A stretch of 64,000 nucleotides of DNA from Chloroflexota bacterium (GTDB lineage: Bacteria; Chloroflexota; Dehalococcoidia; UBA2979). The notes below the pieces were generated by a model that was not told where the DNA came from, did no database searches, and saw only the letters and a list, made by a program, of their open reading frames with translations. The DNA is taken from NCBI GenBank assembly GCA_027593235.1, contig JAQCIU010000019.1, forward strand, positions 1 through 64,000, written 5' to 3'. The position numbers were made by a program, and so were the translations under genes. Positions 25,180-35,121 of the stretch are shown one piece after another (position 1 is the stretch's first letter; every line of letters starts with the position of its first letter).

Positions 25180-27444
25180 ATGAACGCTCACTCGCCTCGC
25201 CTGCCCCACCTCTTCGCGACACTCCTCGTCGTTAGCGCCGTCGTCGCCCTGGCTTGCAGCGGGGGTGACGATCCGACACCGGTCGCGACGCCGACCTCGG
25301 ACGGTGGGGGTGGCGGGGCAGACGCAGGGGCGGGCGCAGCGGCCGGTCCCGGGACGTTCATCTTCGAGGGCGAGCGAATCGACGCGCCGTATGACGTGGC
25401 GTCGAGCGGGCGCGCGGTGAGCGTCAACGGGGAGACGATCCTGACACTGGGCGGGGTGACGCCGGATGCGCCCGACATGAACGCGCCGATCGAGAGCGCA
25501 TTCGGGCTGGCGAACCACGCGCCGGCGGCGTTGTACGCCGCCGCCGCGAGCGCGTCTGCGCTCCAGGCGGCGGCAGACGCAATCGCGGGTGAGCCGCTGC
25601 TGGCTTCCGTAGTCGTTGATGCCGAGGCGGGCGAACTCGCGATCACGGACACGGCGGGCCTCGAGGTGTTCTTCATACCGACGCCGCCCGACGGGGCGTT
25701 GCGAGCGCGATCGGACGGCGAGCTGGAGGCGGACGCGGCCGCACTGGCGAGCGAGTGGTCCACGTTGCTGGATGCGGGTGGCTTGATCCTCGTGCCGAGC
25801 GATGGGCCGACGCTGTACGTCGCGGGGTCAGCGGCGATTGAGTTGGTTGCGCAGATCGACGAAGCGATTGGCCTCGGTGGATCGGAGCGCGAGGCGCGGT
25901 TGGTGGAGCTGCTGACGCACGAGAGCGTGGTGGCGGAGCTGATCGATCGCTACGAACCGGCAGCGCAGACGCGACGCGCGCCCTCGACAGGTGCGGGGGC
26001 AGGGGCGGTTCGCGCGGGTGCCGACGCTCCGGCGGGGACGGCACGAGACACCTCGATCAGTTACGAGGGGGCGCGGAACGATGCTCGGCCGCTGGCGGCT
26101 CAGGGGGCGGGTGGGATGTCGCAGACGCCGGGGAAGCCAGAGGCGTACATCTTCACGACGCTCCCGGACGACGGCGACGCCGCTCCGTTCTTCGACGTCG
26201 TGAAGAAGGAAGGCTACCAGGTCTGGGTGTACCAGGCGACGCACCGCGCGTTCGAGGGGCGGGGCTGGGACAACTTCCAGCAGACCAGCGGAACCGGGGC
26301 GTTGTACCTAGCGACGCACGGATCGCCGCGCGGGGTCTCGGTGGAGTCGTTCGCCAACGAGGCGGCCGCCGGACGAGTCCAACAGCGCCTCGCGGCGACG
26401 GAAGCCGGCAACTTCTACTGGTGGACGGAGGCCGACGGCACGTGGTGGCTGGCGATTACGATCCAGGGGTTGTAGCGGCACTGGGTGAGCAACAACTCGA
26501 TCGTGCACGCGGCGATCTGCAATTCGAACACCCTGAACGCGGGCTTCCGAGCGCGCGAGTATTTCGCCTACGAGCCGACGACAACCTGCACGATCGCGAC
26601 GCCGGACACGACGCTGTTGTGGCAGCGGATGGCCGGAATCCAGGGAGAAGGCCAGTACCGACCGGCCTCGGAAGCGTTCGGGCAGGGCGGGTTCTCGGCG
26701 GGCTTCCGTTACACCGACGGGAGCACGGACGGGGACACGGTGGTGTCGCCGGGGGTCAAGTCGTTCAGCTCACTGGAGCTGATGGTGGGGGCGAGCGGGT
26801 TCGTCACGATCCAGTTCGACGCGTTCCTGGATGCGACGGTGCCAAGCAAGGCGCTGCCCCGCGTCGAGGGCTGCGTGCAACCGGCGGGCGAGCCGAGCTA
26901 CGAGTTCGACGCCGGGCAGTTCGCGCTGATCGTGCCGGTGACGGCGATCGAAGTTGGGACGGGCGGGGTGACCGTGATCGCGGCGCAGACGCGTTCGCCA
27001 GGCCGGATCCACCTCGACGGCAATCAACTCCCGGTGGGGTCTGACCACGTCGCCGAGAATCGCGACGATTACGTTGGCGCGGTGACCTGCGTCTCGGCGG
27101 GCGCGCCACCGACGGCGACGAGCGGCATCGCGCCGCCAACCGGGACGCCGGACCCGACCGAACCGCCGGAACTCGAGATCCCGGACCCGTCGTCGGGAGC
27201 GGTGCCGGCGGCGTTCGATACCACGGTGCCGCCGGGGAAGGTGCTCGCGTTCTACCTCGGAGGGGTTTTCTACAACGCGACGGGGATGGTTGAGGTGGAA
27301 GAGCACCTCCCGTTCTGCTTCTACCTGCACGTGCACGGCGGGCCCGCCCAGCCGATCCAGCCGGCCGGTGGAGCGCCGATCGCGGAGCACCTGGGCGAGT
27401 GCGGCTATGGCCCGCCGAGCTTCTACCTGATCGACGCGCCTTAG
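25180..27444 (+). pseudogene. Large secreted lipoprotein interrupted by a single in-frame TAG (26473-26475)
   Basis: Lipobox ALAC; ORFs 25180-26475 and 26485-27444 are in frame (…TIQGL*RHWVSNNSIVHAAIC…); no clear RBS for the second half. Confidence 0.65.
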
Positions 27445-27509
27445 GACGTGGGGCCGGGCGACGGACGGATGCGGGACCCCCTCGTAGACTGGCCAGCGAG
27501 GGGGTTCGC

Positions 27510-28883
27510 ATGCCCGATGACATGACCGAAGAGCTGACCTACAGCGCGACCAGCACGAGCACGCGCAGCATCCTGCCCGCCGACATGATTTCGGTGGAGG
27601 AGGCGCGCACGCGGATCCTCGAACAGTTCGCACGCCTCGGGAGCATCGAGGTGGAGTTGCTCGACGCGGTCGGCCAGGTACTGGCCGAGGACGTCGTCGC
27701 GGGGTTCAGCATCCCGCCACTGGCCAACACGGCGATGGACGGCTACGCCGTCCGCGCCGCGGACACCGCCGGGGCGACTTACGACACGCCGCTGCAGCTC
27801 GAGGTGATCGGGTACCTGCCGGCCGGCGAGGTGTACCCGGGCACCGTCGGTCCCGGGCAGGCCGTCCGCATCATGACCGGCGCTCCGCTGCCGGATGGCG
27901 CCGACTCGACGGTGCCCTTCGAGGAGACGGACGAGTACGGATCGGATGGCTACGATCCGTCGCGCACCTCGGTACGGATCGACGTCGAGGCGCGGCCGGG
28001 GGCGAACATCCGCGTCGCGGGCGAGGACGTCCGCGAGGGCGAGACGGTCCTTCGCGAGGGCGCGGTGATCGGGCCGGCGCAGGTCGGTGTGCTCGCCTCG
28101 TTGGGTCGCGACCGGGTGCTGGCGTACCGCCGTCCCGTCGTCGCCGTGCTCAGCACCGGTGACGAACTGCTGCGCCCCGGTCAGCCGCTCACGCCGGGGA
28201 AGATCTACGACTCCAACGCGTTCTCGCTGGCCGCGCAGGTGCGCAGCTTCGGCGGCATCCCGAAGGTCCTCGATGTGGCGCGCGACACGGTCGAGGCGCT
28301 GACGGCGCGCATCCACGAGGGGCTCGCGGACGCCGACATGCTGGTCACCTCGGCGGGTGTCTCGCGCGGGGACTTCGACGTGGTGAAGACGGTGCTCGCC
28401 AACGAGGGCCAGGTCGGCTTCTGGACTGTGAAAATGAAGCCGGGTAAGCCGCTCGCGTTCGGCACGTTCCGTGGTGAAGGCGGACGTTCGATTCCGCACC
28501 TCGGGCTGCCCGGCAACCCGGTCTCGGCGATGCTGACGTTCGAGCTGTTCGGTCGCGCCGCCATCTTCAAGATGCTCGGCAAGGAACACGCCTGGCCGCG
28601 GCCAATGATCCGCGCTGTCGCAAAGGATCGCATCCGCAACACCGATGGGCGGCGCTTCTACGCGCGCGTGCTGCTCGACGAGGAGGATGGCAAGCCGGTC
28701 GTGCGGCTGACCGGGCCGCAGGGATCCGGCGTGCTCACCTCGATGGCGCTTGCGAGCGCGTTCGCGATTTGCCCCGAGGATCGCGAGACGATCGAGCCTG
28801 GCGAGGAGTGCGACGTGATCCTCGCCGACCGCGAGCGCGCGCTCTACGGCTCGGCGGCAAGCGCTCCCGCACCCGGCTACTAG
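27510..28883 (+). CDS. moeA: Molybdopterin molybdotransferase MoeA
   Basis: AMDGYAVR, RIMTGAPLP, STGDEL, IYDSN, SAGVSRGDFD, MKPGKP, GLPGNPVS, GPQGSG. Confidence 0.96.
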   Translation: MPDDMTEELTYSATSTSTRSILPADMISVEEARTRILEQFARLGSIEVELLDAVGQVLAEDVVAGFSIPPLANTAMDGYAVRAADTAGATYDTPLQLEVIGYLPAGEVYPGTVGPGQAVRIMTGAPLPDGADSTVPFEETDEYGSDGYDPSRTSVRIDVEARPGANIRVAGEDVREGETVLREGAVIGPAQVGVLASLGRDRVLAYRRPVVAVLSTGDELLRPGQPLTPGKIYDSNAFSLAAQVRSFGGIPKVLDVARDTVEALTARIHEGLADADMLVTSAGVSRGDFDVVKTVLANEGQVGFWTVKMKPGKPLAFGTFRGEGGRSIPHLGLPGNPVSAMLTFELFGRAAIFKMLGKEHAWPRPMIRAVAKDRIRNTDGRRFYARVLLDEEDGKPVVRLTGPQGSGVLTSMALASAFAICPEDRETIEPGEECDVILADRERALYGSAASAPAPGY

Positions 28884-28893
28884 CGAGGTATCG

Positions 28894-29550
28894 ATGGCCA
28901 ACGTACTCCGCGTCGTCGGACCGCCGGGCTCCGGCAAGACGCTGCTGATCGTGTCGCTGGTCGAGGCGCTGCGGGCGCGCAACTGGCGCGTCGCTACCGC
29001 GGTCCGGCGCGAGTCGATCGAGTCGGCGCTCCTCGATCCTGACGCGTCGAGGCAGCTCGACGCGGGGGCGACGGCGACGGTGATCGTGCTTGCGAACGGC
29101 GGTCGGGTCACCCTCGAACGGTCGATGCCGCTGCCGGGACTGCGCTCCGTCGTTGCCTCGCTGGATCCGAGCGTGGATCTGCTGCTGGCCGAGGGGTTCG
29201 AGGACGCGGGCTACCCGGCCGTCGAACTCGTCCCGCCCGGCGACCACACGATCGAGACCGCCGAGGCCGACCTACTGGCGGTGGTGAGCGCGGAGGAACT
29301 GGCGGGGACGTTCGCGAGGTTTGGGCCAGGGGAGACGAACGGGCTCGCGGAGCTGGTCGAGCGGGAGATCCTGGGCGTGGAGCCGGAGGTCTCGATGCAG
29401 ATCACGGTCGACGAGGAGCCCGTCGAGGCGATGGGCTTCGTGAAGGACATGATTGCGAAGCCGGTGCTGGCGATGGTCGAACAGCTCAAGGGCGTCGAGT
29501 TCCCGAAGTCGGTTCGGCTGAACATCCGGCGCCGGCCACCTCGGGAGTAA
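28894..29550 (+). CDS. mobB: MobB-like molybdopterin-guanine dinucleotide biosynthesis protein
   Basis: VVGPPGSGKTLLI P-loop, DLLLAEGF, downstream of moeA. Confidence 0.75.
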   Translation: MANVLRVVGPPGSGKTLLIVSLVEALRARNWRVATAVRRESIESALLDPDASRQLDAGATATVIVLANGGRVTLERSMPLPGLRSVVASLDPSVDLLLAEGFEDAGYPAVELVPPGDHTIETAEADLLAVVSAEELAGTFARFGPGETNGLAELVEREILGVEPEVSMQITVDEEPVEAMGFVKDMIAKPVLAMVEQLKGVEFPKSVRLNIRRRPPRE

Positions 29551-29562
29551 CGGTCGCCCTCG

Positions 29563-29943
29563 ATGCAGGTTGAGAAGCTCAGCGCGATCACGCTCGCCAC
29601 GCGCGACATGGCGAAGGCGCTGGCGTTCTACGCGGTGCTGGGCTTCCGCACGGTGTGGTCGGCGCCGGACCAGTCGTTCGTGACGGTCAAGGTAGGTGAC
29701 GCCTGGCTCAACCTGTTCCTTGCGACACCGGAGGCGACGTGGGGTCCGTGGGGTCGCTACATCCTGCACGTGGACGACGTGGACGCCTTCCACACGAAGC
29801 TGATCGAGGCTGGCTACCAGCCGGCGATGGCGCCGAGCGACGCTGCGTGGGGCGAGCGCTACTTTCACATCCTCGATCCGGACGGGCACGAGGTCAGCCT
29901 TGCGAAGCGGCTGCGACCGCCTCGTGCCACCGGGTCGCAGTAG
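29563..29943 (+). CDS. VOC family protein
   Basis: SAITLATRDMAKALAFY, PSDAAWGERYFHILDPDGHE. Confidence 0.9.
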   Translation: MQVEKLSAITLATRDMAKALAFYAVLGFRTVWSAPDQSFVTVKVGDAWLNLFLATPEATWGPWGRYILHVDDVDAFHTKLIEAGYQPAMAPSDAAWGERYFHILDPDGHEVSLAKRLRPPRATGSQ

Positions 29944-29958
29944 CAGATCGGATCCGCC

Positions 29959-31140
29959 GTGCCATTCACCTCCGCGGAACAAGCCGCCCTCGACGCGATT
30001 CGCGCCGCTTCCGGGGAGTTGCGCGCGCTGTCGCTCGACATCCACGCGCACCCGGAGCTGGGCTACGAGGAGACGCACGCGCACGACGCGCTGGCCGACT
30101 ACCTCGCGGGCGCGGGGTTCGCGGTGGAACGGTCCGCGCACGGCATGGAGACCTCGTTTCGGGCCTCGGCGGGGAGCGGCGGGCCGGTGGTTGCGGCGCT
30201 CTGCGAGTACGACGCGCTGCCGGAGATCGGGCACGCCTGCGGGCACAACCTGATCGCGATCGCGGGCGTCGCGGTCGGCCTCGGTTTGCGCGCCGCGCTA
30301 CGCGACTCCGAGGTTCGCGGCACCGTGCTCGTGCTGGGCGCGCCGGCCGAGGAACGTGGCGGCGGCGGCAAGCTTCGGCTGATCGAGGCCGGGGCGTTCG
30401 AGGGCGTGGACGCGGCGGTGATGCTGCATCCCGGGATGGGCGACGAGGTGCGTCCATCCTCGTTGGCGCATCACGGGTTGACGATCGAGTTCCATGGGCA
30501 GGCGAGCCACGCCGCCGGCGCGCCGTGGCGAGGCGTGAACGCCCTCGATGCGATGCTGCTCGGCTTCGCCGCGCTCGGGCTGTTGCGGCAGCAGATCGAG
30601 CCGACGCATCGCGTCCACGGCGTGATCACGCACGGTGGCGATTCGCCGAACATCATTCCGGAACGGACCGAGGCGCGGCTGCTGGTGCGCGCTCCCACCC
30701 GCGAGCAGGTGGATGCCCTACGCGAACGGGTGCTCGCCTGCTTCAGCGGCGCGGCGCAGCAGACGGGCTGCACGCTCGACGCCACGTGGTCCGATTCGCC
30801 GTACGAGAACCTGCGGCAGAATCCAAAGCTCGCGGACGCGTACCTCGAGAGTTTCGAAGCCCTCGGCGGGACGATCCGGCCGGGGCTCGGGGGCGGGAGC
30901 ACGGACATGGGGAACGTCAGCCAGGTGCTGCCGGGGCTGCATCCGCACTACCGCATCCCCTCGGAGGGTGGGAACCACACGCGGGCGTTCACCGGCGCGG
31001 CCGCCACGGAGGAATCGCACGAGGCGACGATCCGCGCGGCACAGGCGCTGGCGTTGGCGTCATTGCGGGCGTTCGAGGACGCGGAGTTCCTGCGGTCGAT
31101 GGGTGAGTCGTTCGAAGCGGGGGCGCGGGGCGGGCGCTAG
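29959..31140 (+). CDS. M20 family amidohydrolase (PM20D2/ACY1L2-like)
   Basis: HPELGYEE, EYDALPEIGHACGHNLI, PAEE.GGGK, GSTDMGNVS, NHT. Confidence 0.92.
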   Translation: MPFTSAEQAALDAIRAASGELRALSLDIHAHPELGYEETHAHDALADYLAGAGFAVERSAHGMETSFRASAGSGGPVVAALCEYDALPEIGHACGHNLIAIAGVAVGLGLRAALRDSEVRGTVLVLGAPAEERGGGGKLRLIEAGAFEGVDAAVMLHPGMGDEVRPSSLAHHGLTIEFHGQASHAAGAPWRGVNALDAMLLGFAALGLLRQQIEPTHRVHGVITHGGDSPNIIPERTEARLLVRAPTREQVDALRERVLACFSGAAQQTGCTLDATWSDSPYENLRQNPKLADAYLESFEALGGTIRPGLGGGSTDMGNVSQVLPGLHPHYRIPSEGGNHTRAFTGAAATEESHEATIRAAQALALASLRAFEDAEFLRSMGESFEAGARGGR

Positions 31141-31175
31141 CGCCTGCGCGGTGCGGGGCGAGCAGGGACGCGCGG

Positions 31176-31469
31176 CTAGATCACCGCTTCGAAGCCGCGG
31201 TACTCGCCGGTCGGCTCTTCCCAGCGGAACGTGACGTCCTCGACGCGTGAGAACGCGGGGCCTTCGCGCATCAGCTCGACGACGTGGCGGAGCGTGCCTT
31301 CGTCGCATTCGGCGACCAGCTCGACACGGCCGTCGTTGAGGTTGCGGACGTAGCCATCGATGTTGAGGCGCATCGCATGGTCGGCGCAGAACGCGCGGTA
31401 GCCGACCCCCTGCACGCGGCCCTTCGCGATGGCGATGATGCGCCGGCGTTTCTTTCCGTAGCCGACCAC
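31176..31469 (-). CDS. acyP: Acylphosphatase
   Basis: GRVQGVGYR, GYVRNLNDGRVE, GP..SRV. Confidence 0.93.
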   Translation of the reverse strand: MVGYGKKRRRIIAIAKGRVQGVGYRAFCADHAMRLNIDGYVRNLNDGRVELVAECDEGTLRHVVELMREGPAFSRVEDVTFRWEEPTGEYRGFEAVI

Positions 31470-31481
31470 CGTGCCGCCTCG

Positions 31482-33182
31482 CTAGCCGCGCGCGAGGTCG
31501 CGGAGCACCGAACGGACGAGGGTTTCCGGGACGTCGGAGCGCACGACGGGCTTGCCGACGCCCTCGAGGAGAACGAAGTGCAGCCGGCCTTGCTCCACCT
31601 TCTTGTCGAGCATCATGGCGCCGAGGACCCGCTCCACATCGATGCTCGATGAGGCGGTCGGCAGACCGAAGCCACGGAGGACGTCGCCGTGACGAGCGAC
31701 CAGCTCCTCGTCGATCAGGCCGAGGCCGTGTGCGATGCGGGCGGCGCCCATCATGCCGATGGCGACGGCTTCGCCGTGGAGGAACTCGCTAAAGCCGGTG
31801 GTCGCCTCAATCGCGTGGCCAATCGTGTGGCCGTAGTTGAGGATTGCCCGCAACCCACGCTCTTCCGGATCGCTGGAGACGATCAGCGCCTTCAGCCGCG
31901 CTGAACGGGCGGTCACGTCGACGAGCAGTTCCACCTCGGAGTGTGGTTGGTAGGAGTCGGGGCGGGCTTCCAGTTCGGCGAGCAGCTCCGGATCGAGGAT
32001 CCAGGCGTGCTTGATGACCTCGGCGAAGCCCTCGGCGAAGGCGCGACCGGGAAGCGTGCGCAGCGTGGAGACGTCCGCGACGACGCCGCGCGGCTGGTGG
32101 AAGGCGCCGACGAGGTTCTTCCCGTCCGGCAGATCGACCGCGACCTTGCCGCCGATGGCGGCGTCGTTCATGGCGAGGACGGTGGTCGGGATCTGGAGGA
32201 ACGGCATTCCTCGGAGGTAGGTCGCGGCGACAAATCCGGCGAGGTCACAGACCACGCCGCCGCCGAGGGCGATCACGAGGTCGCGACGCTCGGCGCGCTG
32301 TTCGGCGAGCCAACCGTAGATCTCGCGCGCGACCTGGAGCTGCTTCGACTGCTCGCCGGCGGGGACGACGTACGAGGTGCCGGCGATACCGCCGGCGTCG
32401 AGCGCTTCCGCCGCGCGGCGTCCGTACTTGTCGATCACCTCGCTGTCGGAGATCAGGAAGACGCGCCGGCCGGTCAGCTCGAGCTGTTCGAGGCGATCGG
32501 GGAGCCGGTCGAGTTCGCCGGCCCCGACCCAGATCGGGTAGCGCTCGCAACCGGTGTCGACGACCGCGGCCGGACCGACCGCCGGTGCGTCGGAGCCGAG
32601 CCGTTCGAGGCGGCGCGGCAGTGCAGCGAGGCGATCGCCATCGATCGCCCAGGCGCGGAGGATCCGGTTCACCGCGACATCGAGGACCTTCGTGTCGGCG
32701 TCCCCGAAGGGCTGCACCGGTACCCAGATGTCGGCGTGGCTGTAGAAGCGACGGCGCTCGCGATCGAGCTGCGCGAGGCGGGCCTCGAGCCCTGCCGGGT
32801 CATCGTCGAGCAGCGGGCGGCGCTCGCCTTCGGAGCCGGCGCGCAAGCGCGCGGCGATCGCCGTCGGCGTGGCATCGAGGTAGCAGATGAAGCCGCGCTC
32901 ACCGAGCGCGGCGCGGTTGCGAGCACTGAGGAACGCGCCGCCGCCGGTTGAGATCACCGCCGGCGTGCGCTGTGACGCCTCGGCGACCACGCGCTCCTCG
33001 ATCTTGCGGAAGGCGGGCTCGCCACCGCTGTCGATGAGCTGCGCCGGGGTGCTGCCCTCGGCGGCGGTGACCATGTCATCGGTGTCGAGGAAGGGCCAGC
33101 CGAGGCGCTCCGCGAGCGCGCGACCGACGGTCGTCTTGCCGACGCCTGAGAGCCCGACGAGCACTATCTGTTGTCCAGCCAT
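31482..33182 (-). CDS. aroB: Shikimate kinase / 3-dehydroquinate synthase fusion (AroK-AroB)
   Basis: GLSGVGKTTVG, STGGG, RPLL, then ALGGGVVCDLAGF, GGKV...GKNLVGAF, LNYGHTIGHAIE, HGEAV. Confidence 0.95.
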   Translation of the reverse strand: MAGQQIVLVGLSGVGKTTVGRALAERLGWPFLDTDDMVTAAEGSTPAQLIDSGGEPAFRKIEERVVAEASQRTPAVISTGGGAFLSARNRAALGERGFICYLDATPTAIAARLRAGSEGERRPLLDDDPAGLEARLAQLDRERRRFYSHADIWVPVQPFGDADTKVLDVAVNRILRAWAIDGDRLAALPRRLERLGSDAPAVGPAAVVDTGCERYPIWVGAGELDRLPDRLEQLELTGRRVFLISDSEVIDKYGRRAAEALDAGGIAGTSYVVPAGEQSKQLQVAREIYGWLAEQRAERRDLVIALGGGVVCDLAGFVAATYLRGMPFLQIPTTVLAMNDAAIGGKVAVDLPDGKNLVGAFHQPRGVVADVSTLRTLPGRAFAEGFAEVIKHAWILDPELLAELEARPDSYQPHSEVELLVDVTARSARLKALIVSSDPEERGLRAILNYGHTIGHAIEATTGFSEFLHGEAVAIGMMGAARIAHGLGLIDEELVARHGDVLRGFGLPTASSSIDVERVLGAMMLDKKVEQGRLHFVLLEGVGKPVVRSDVPETLVRSVLRDLARG

Positions 33183-34375
33183 CAGTCGTTTGCCCCCGTC
33201 AGTCGGTCCCGCGGTCCCACCGTCGCACGGAACGCCTCGAAGTTGCGCCGTAGCTCGGCGACGTGGTCGCCACCGAATTTCTCGAGAATGGCGCCGGCCA
33301 GCACGATCGCGACCATCGCCTCGCCGACGACGCCCCCGGCGGGGGCGACGGCGACATCCGAGCGTTCGTAGAACGACTCGGTCTCTTCACCGGTGAGCAG
33401 ATCGGCGGTTGGCATGCGGCGTGGCACGGTCGAGATCGGTTTGAGGTAGCCGCGCACGACCACGTCTTCGCCGTTGGTCATGCCGCCCTCGAGGCCACCG
33501 GCGCGGTTGGAGGCGCGCTCCCACGGCCGACGTTCCCAGGCCGCGGCCGGCAGGATCACGTCCATCACCTCGGAACCCGGCGCGTGGGCGCCGGCGAAGC
33601 CGTCGCCGATCTCCACGGCCTTCACGGCGTTGATCGACATCACCGCCTGTGCGAGCAGGCCGTCGAGCTTGCGGTCCCAGTGGACGTGACTGCCGAGGCC
33701 CATTGGCACCCCGCTCGCGCGCACCTCGAAGACCCCGCCGAGGGTGTCGAGGTTCTCGCGGGTGCGATCGATCTCGTCGATCATTGGCTGCTCGAAGGCT
33801 GAGTTGGCGACGCGCACGGCGGAGGCGTCGACGGCATCCCAATCGATGCGGGCGGGCACCTTGGCGGTGACGCTGCCGATCGAGAGCGTGTGTGAGTGGA
33901 CGACGACGCCGAGTTCGGCGATGAGGGCGCGGGCGATCGCGCCGACGGCGACGCGGGCCGCGGTCTCGCGCGCGCTCGATCGTTCGAGGATCGGACGGAC
34001 GTCGTCGAAGCCGTACTTCTGCGTACCGACGAGGTCGGCGTGACCGGGACGAAGCAGGGTCACGCGTTCGACGTCTTCATCGACCGGATCGGTCGCCATG
34101 CGGACGCGCCAGTTGGCGTTCTGGTGATCGCGGTTGACCATCGTCAGCGCGATCGGCGAGCCGATGCTCAGTCCGTGTCGCACGCCGGACATGATCTCGG
34201 CGCGATCTTGCTCAATCTGCTGACGTTTGCCGCGGCCGTAGCCACCCTGGCGGCGGCTCAGATCGGCGGCGATCAGATCCTCGCTGAGGAAGAGCCCGGC
34301 TGGGACGCCCTCGACGATCGCGGTGAGGCCCTTGCCGTGCGACTCACCGGCGGTCAGCCAGCGGAAGCCAGTCAT
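33182..34375 (-). CDS. aroC: Chorismate synthase
   Basis: TAGESHG, RPGHAD, ERSSARETAARVA, SNRAGGLEGG, ERSD. Confidence 0.97.
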   Translation of the reverse strand: MTGFRWLTAGESHGKGLTAIVEGVPAGLFLSEDLIAADLSRRQGGYGRGKRQQIEQDRAEIMSGVRHGLSIGSPIALTMVNRDHQNANWRVRMATDPVDEDVERVTLLRPGHADLVGTQKYGFDDVRPILERSSARETAARVAVGAIARALIAELGVVVHSHTLSIGSVTAKVPARIDWDAVDASAVRVANSAFEQPMIDEIDRTRENLDTLGGVFEVRASGVPMGLGSHVHWDRKLDGLLAQAVMSINAVKAVEIGDGFAGAHAPGSEVMDVILPAAAWERRPWERASNRAGGLEGGMTNGEDVVVRGYLKPISTVPRRMPTADLLTGEETESFYERSDVAVAPAGGVVGEAMVAIVLAGAILEKFGGDHVAELRRNFEAFRATVGPRDRLTGAND

Positions 34376-35034
34376 CGCGACGGCTCGCGGACCGCGCGCT
34401 CAGCGGCGACCACGGCGGCGACTTCATCGGCGGTGATCAGCGGCGCGCGATCCGGATCCGGTTCCGTGCCGCGTTCGCCGTCGCGCGTCTGCCATTCGGC
34501 CAGCAGCTCCTCGGGATCGCCGTCGCGCCAGTCGCTCATCTGGGCCACCTCCCGTCGGGCGATCGTTGTCAGCAGGCAGCGAGTCAGCGTCGCACCGGCG
34601 GCGTCGCGGTACTCCAGGTTCACATCGACCTGGGCGGCGTTGAAGCTGGCATACGGGACCTCGTAGAGCAGCCGCTCGACCATGCGCACGGCGGCGCGGC
34701 GGGCGACGACGTACTCGTTCGCCACTTCGTCACGCTTGCCGTCGACGACGCGGACGTCGGCCTCGGCAAGCATCGAGACGCGGATCCGCTCGCGATCGGC
34801 GGCGATCAGCGCGGCGGTATGGAGTGCGCGGAAGTCTGCGGGCGGGGTGCCTTTGGCCGGGCGGCTAGTTCGCCAGCCCTCGAAGGTCAGATCCAGGAGC
34901 TGCATCAGCGCGCCGTGATCGCCACCGCGGATCACGGACCGCCACTTCCGCGCGGCGAACATCGCCTGGATCACCATGAAACCCAGCACCACGCCGATAC
35001 CAAGAAACATCGTGATGGCAAGCCCAAGGCCCAT
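34372..35034 (-). CDS. Hypothetical protein with N-terminal TM helix
   Basis: Hydrophobic N-terminus, GAGGGA RBS, stop overlaps aroC start. Confidence 0.75.
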   Translation of the reverse strand: MGLGLAITMFLGIGVVLGFMVIQAMFAARKWRSVIRGGDHGALMQLLDLTFEGWRTSRPAKGTPPADFRALHTAALIAADRERIRVSMLAEADVRVVDGKRDEVANEYVVARRAAVRMVERLLYEVPYASFNAAQVDVNLEYRDAAGATLTRCLLTTIARREVAQMSDWRDGDPEELLAEWQTRDGERGTEPDPDRAPLITADEVAAVVAAERAVREPSR

Positions 35035-35121
35035 GGCATGTCCCTCGTTCGCGGCGGCGGTCAGCGCCTCGGGTCGGTCGTGCGGCAGCGCGACTACCGC
35101 TCGCGATCAACCGACGACACG

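Noticed and set aside
26473-26475. Genome-wide TAG reassignment
   Set aside because: Many conserved genes here (moeA, efp, glmS, pncB) end normally at TAG
31482-33182. AroK-AroB fusion as a novelty
   Set aside because: Such fusions are already known in several bacterial lineages
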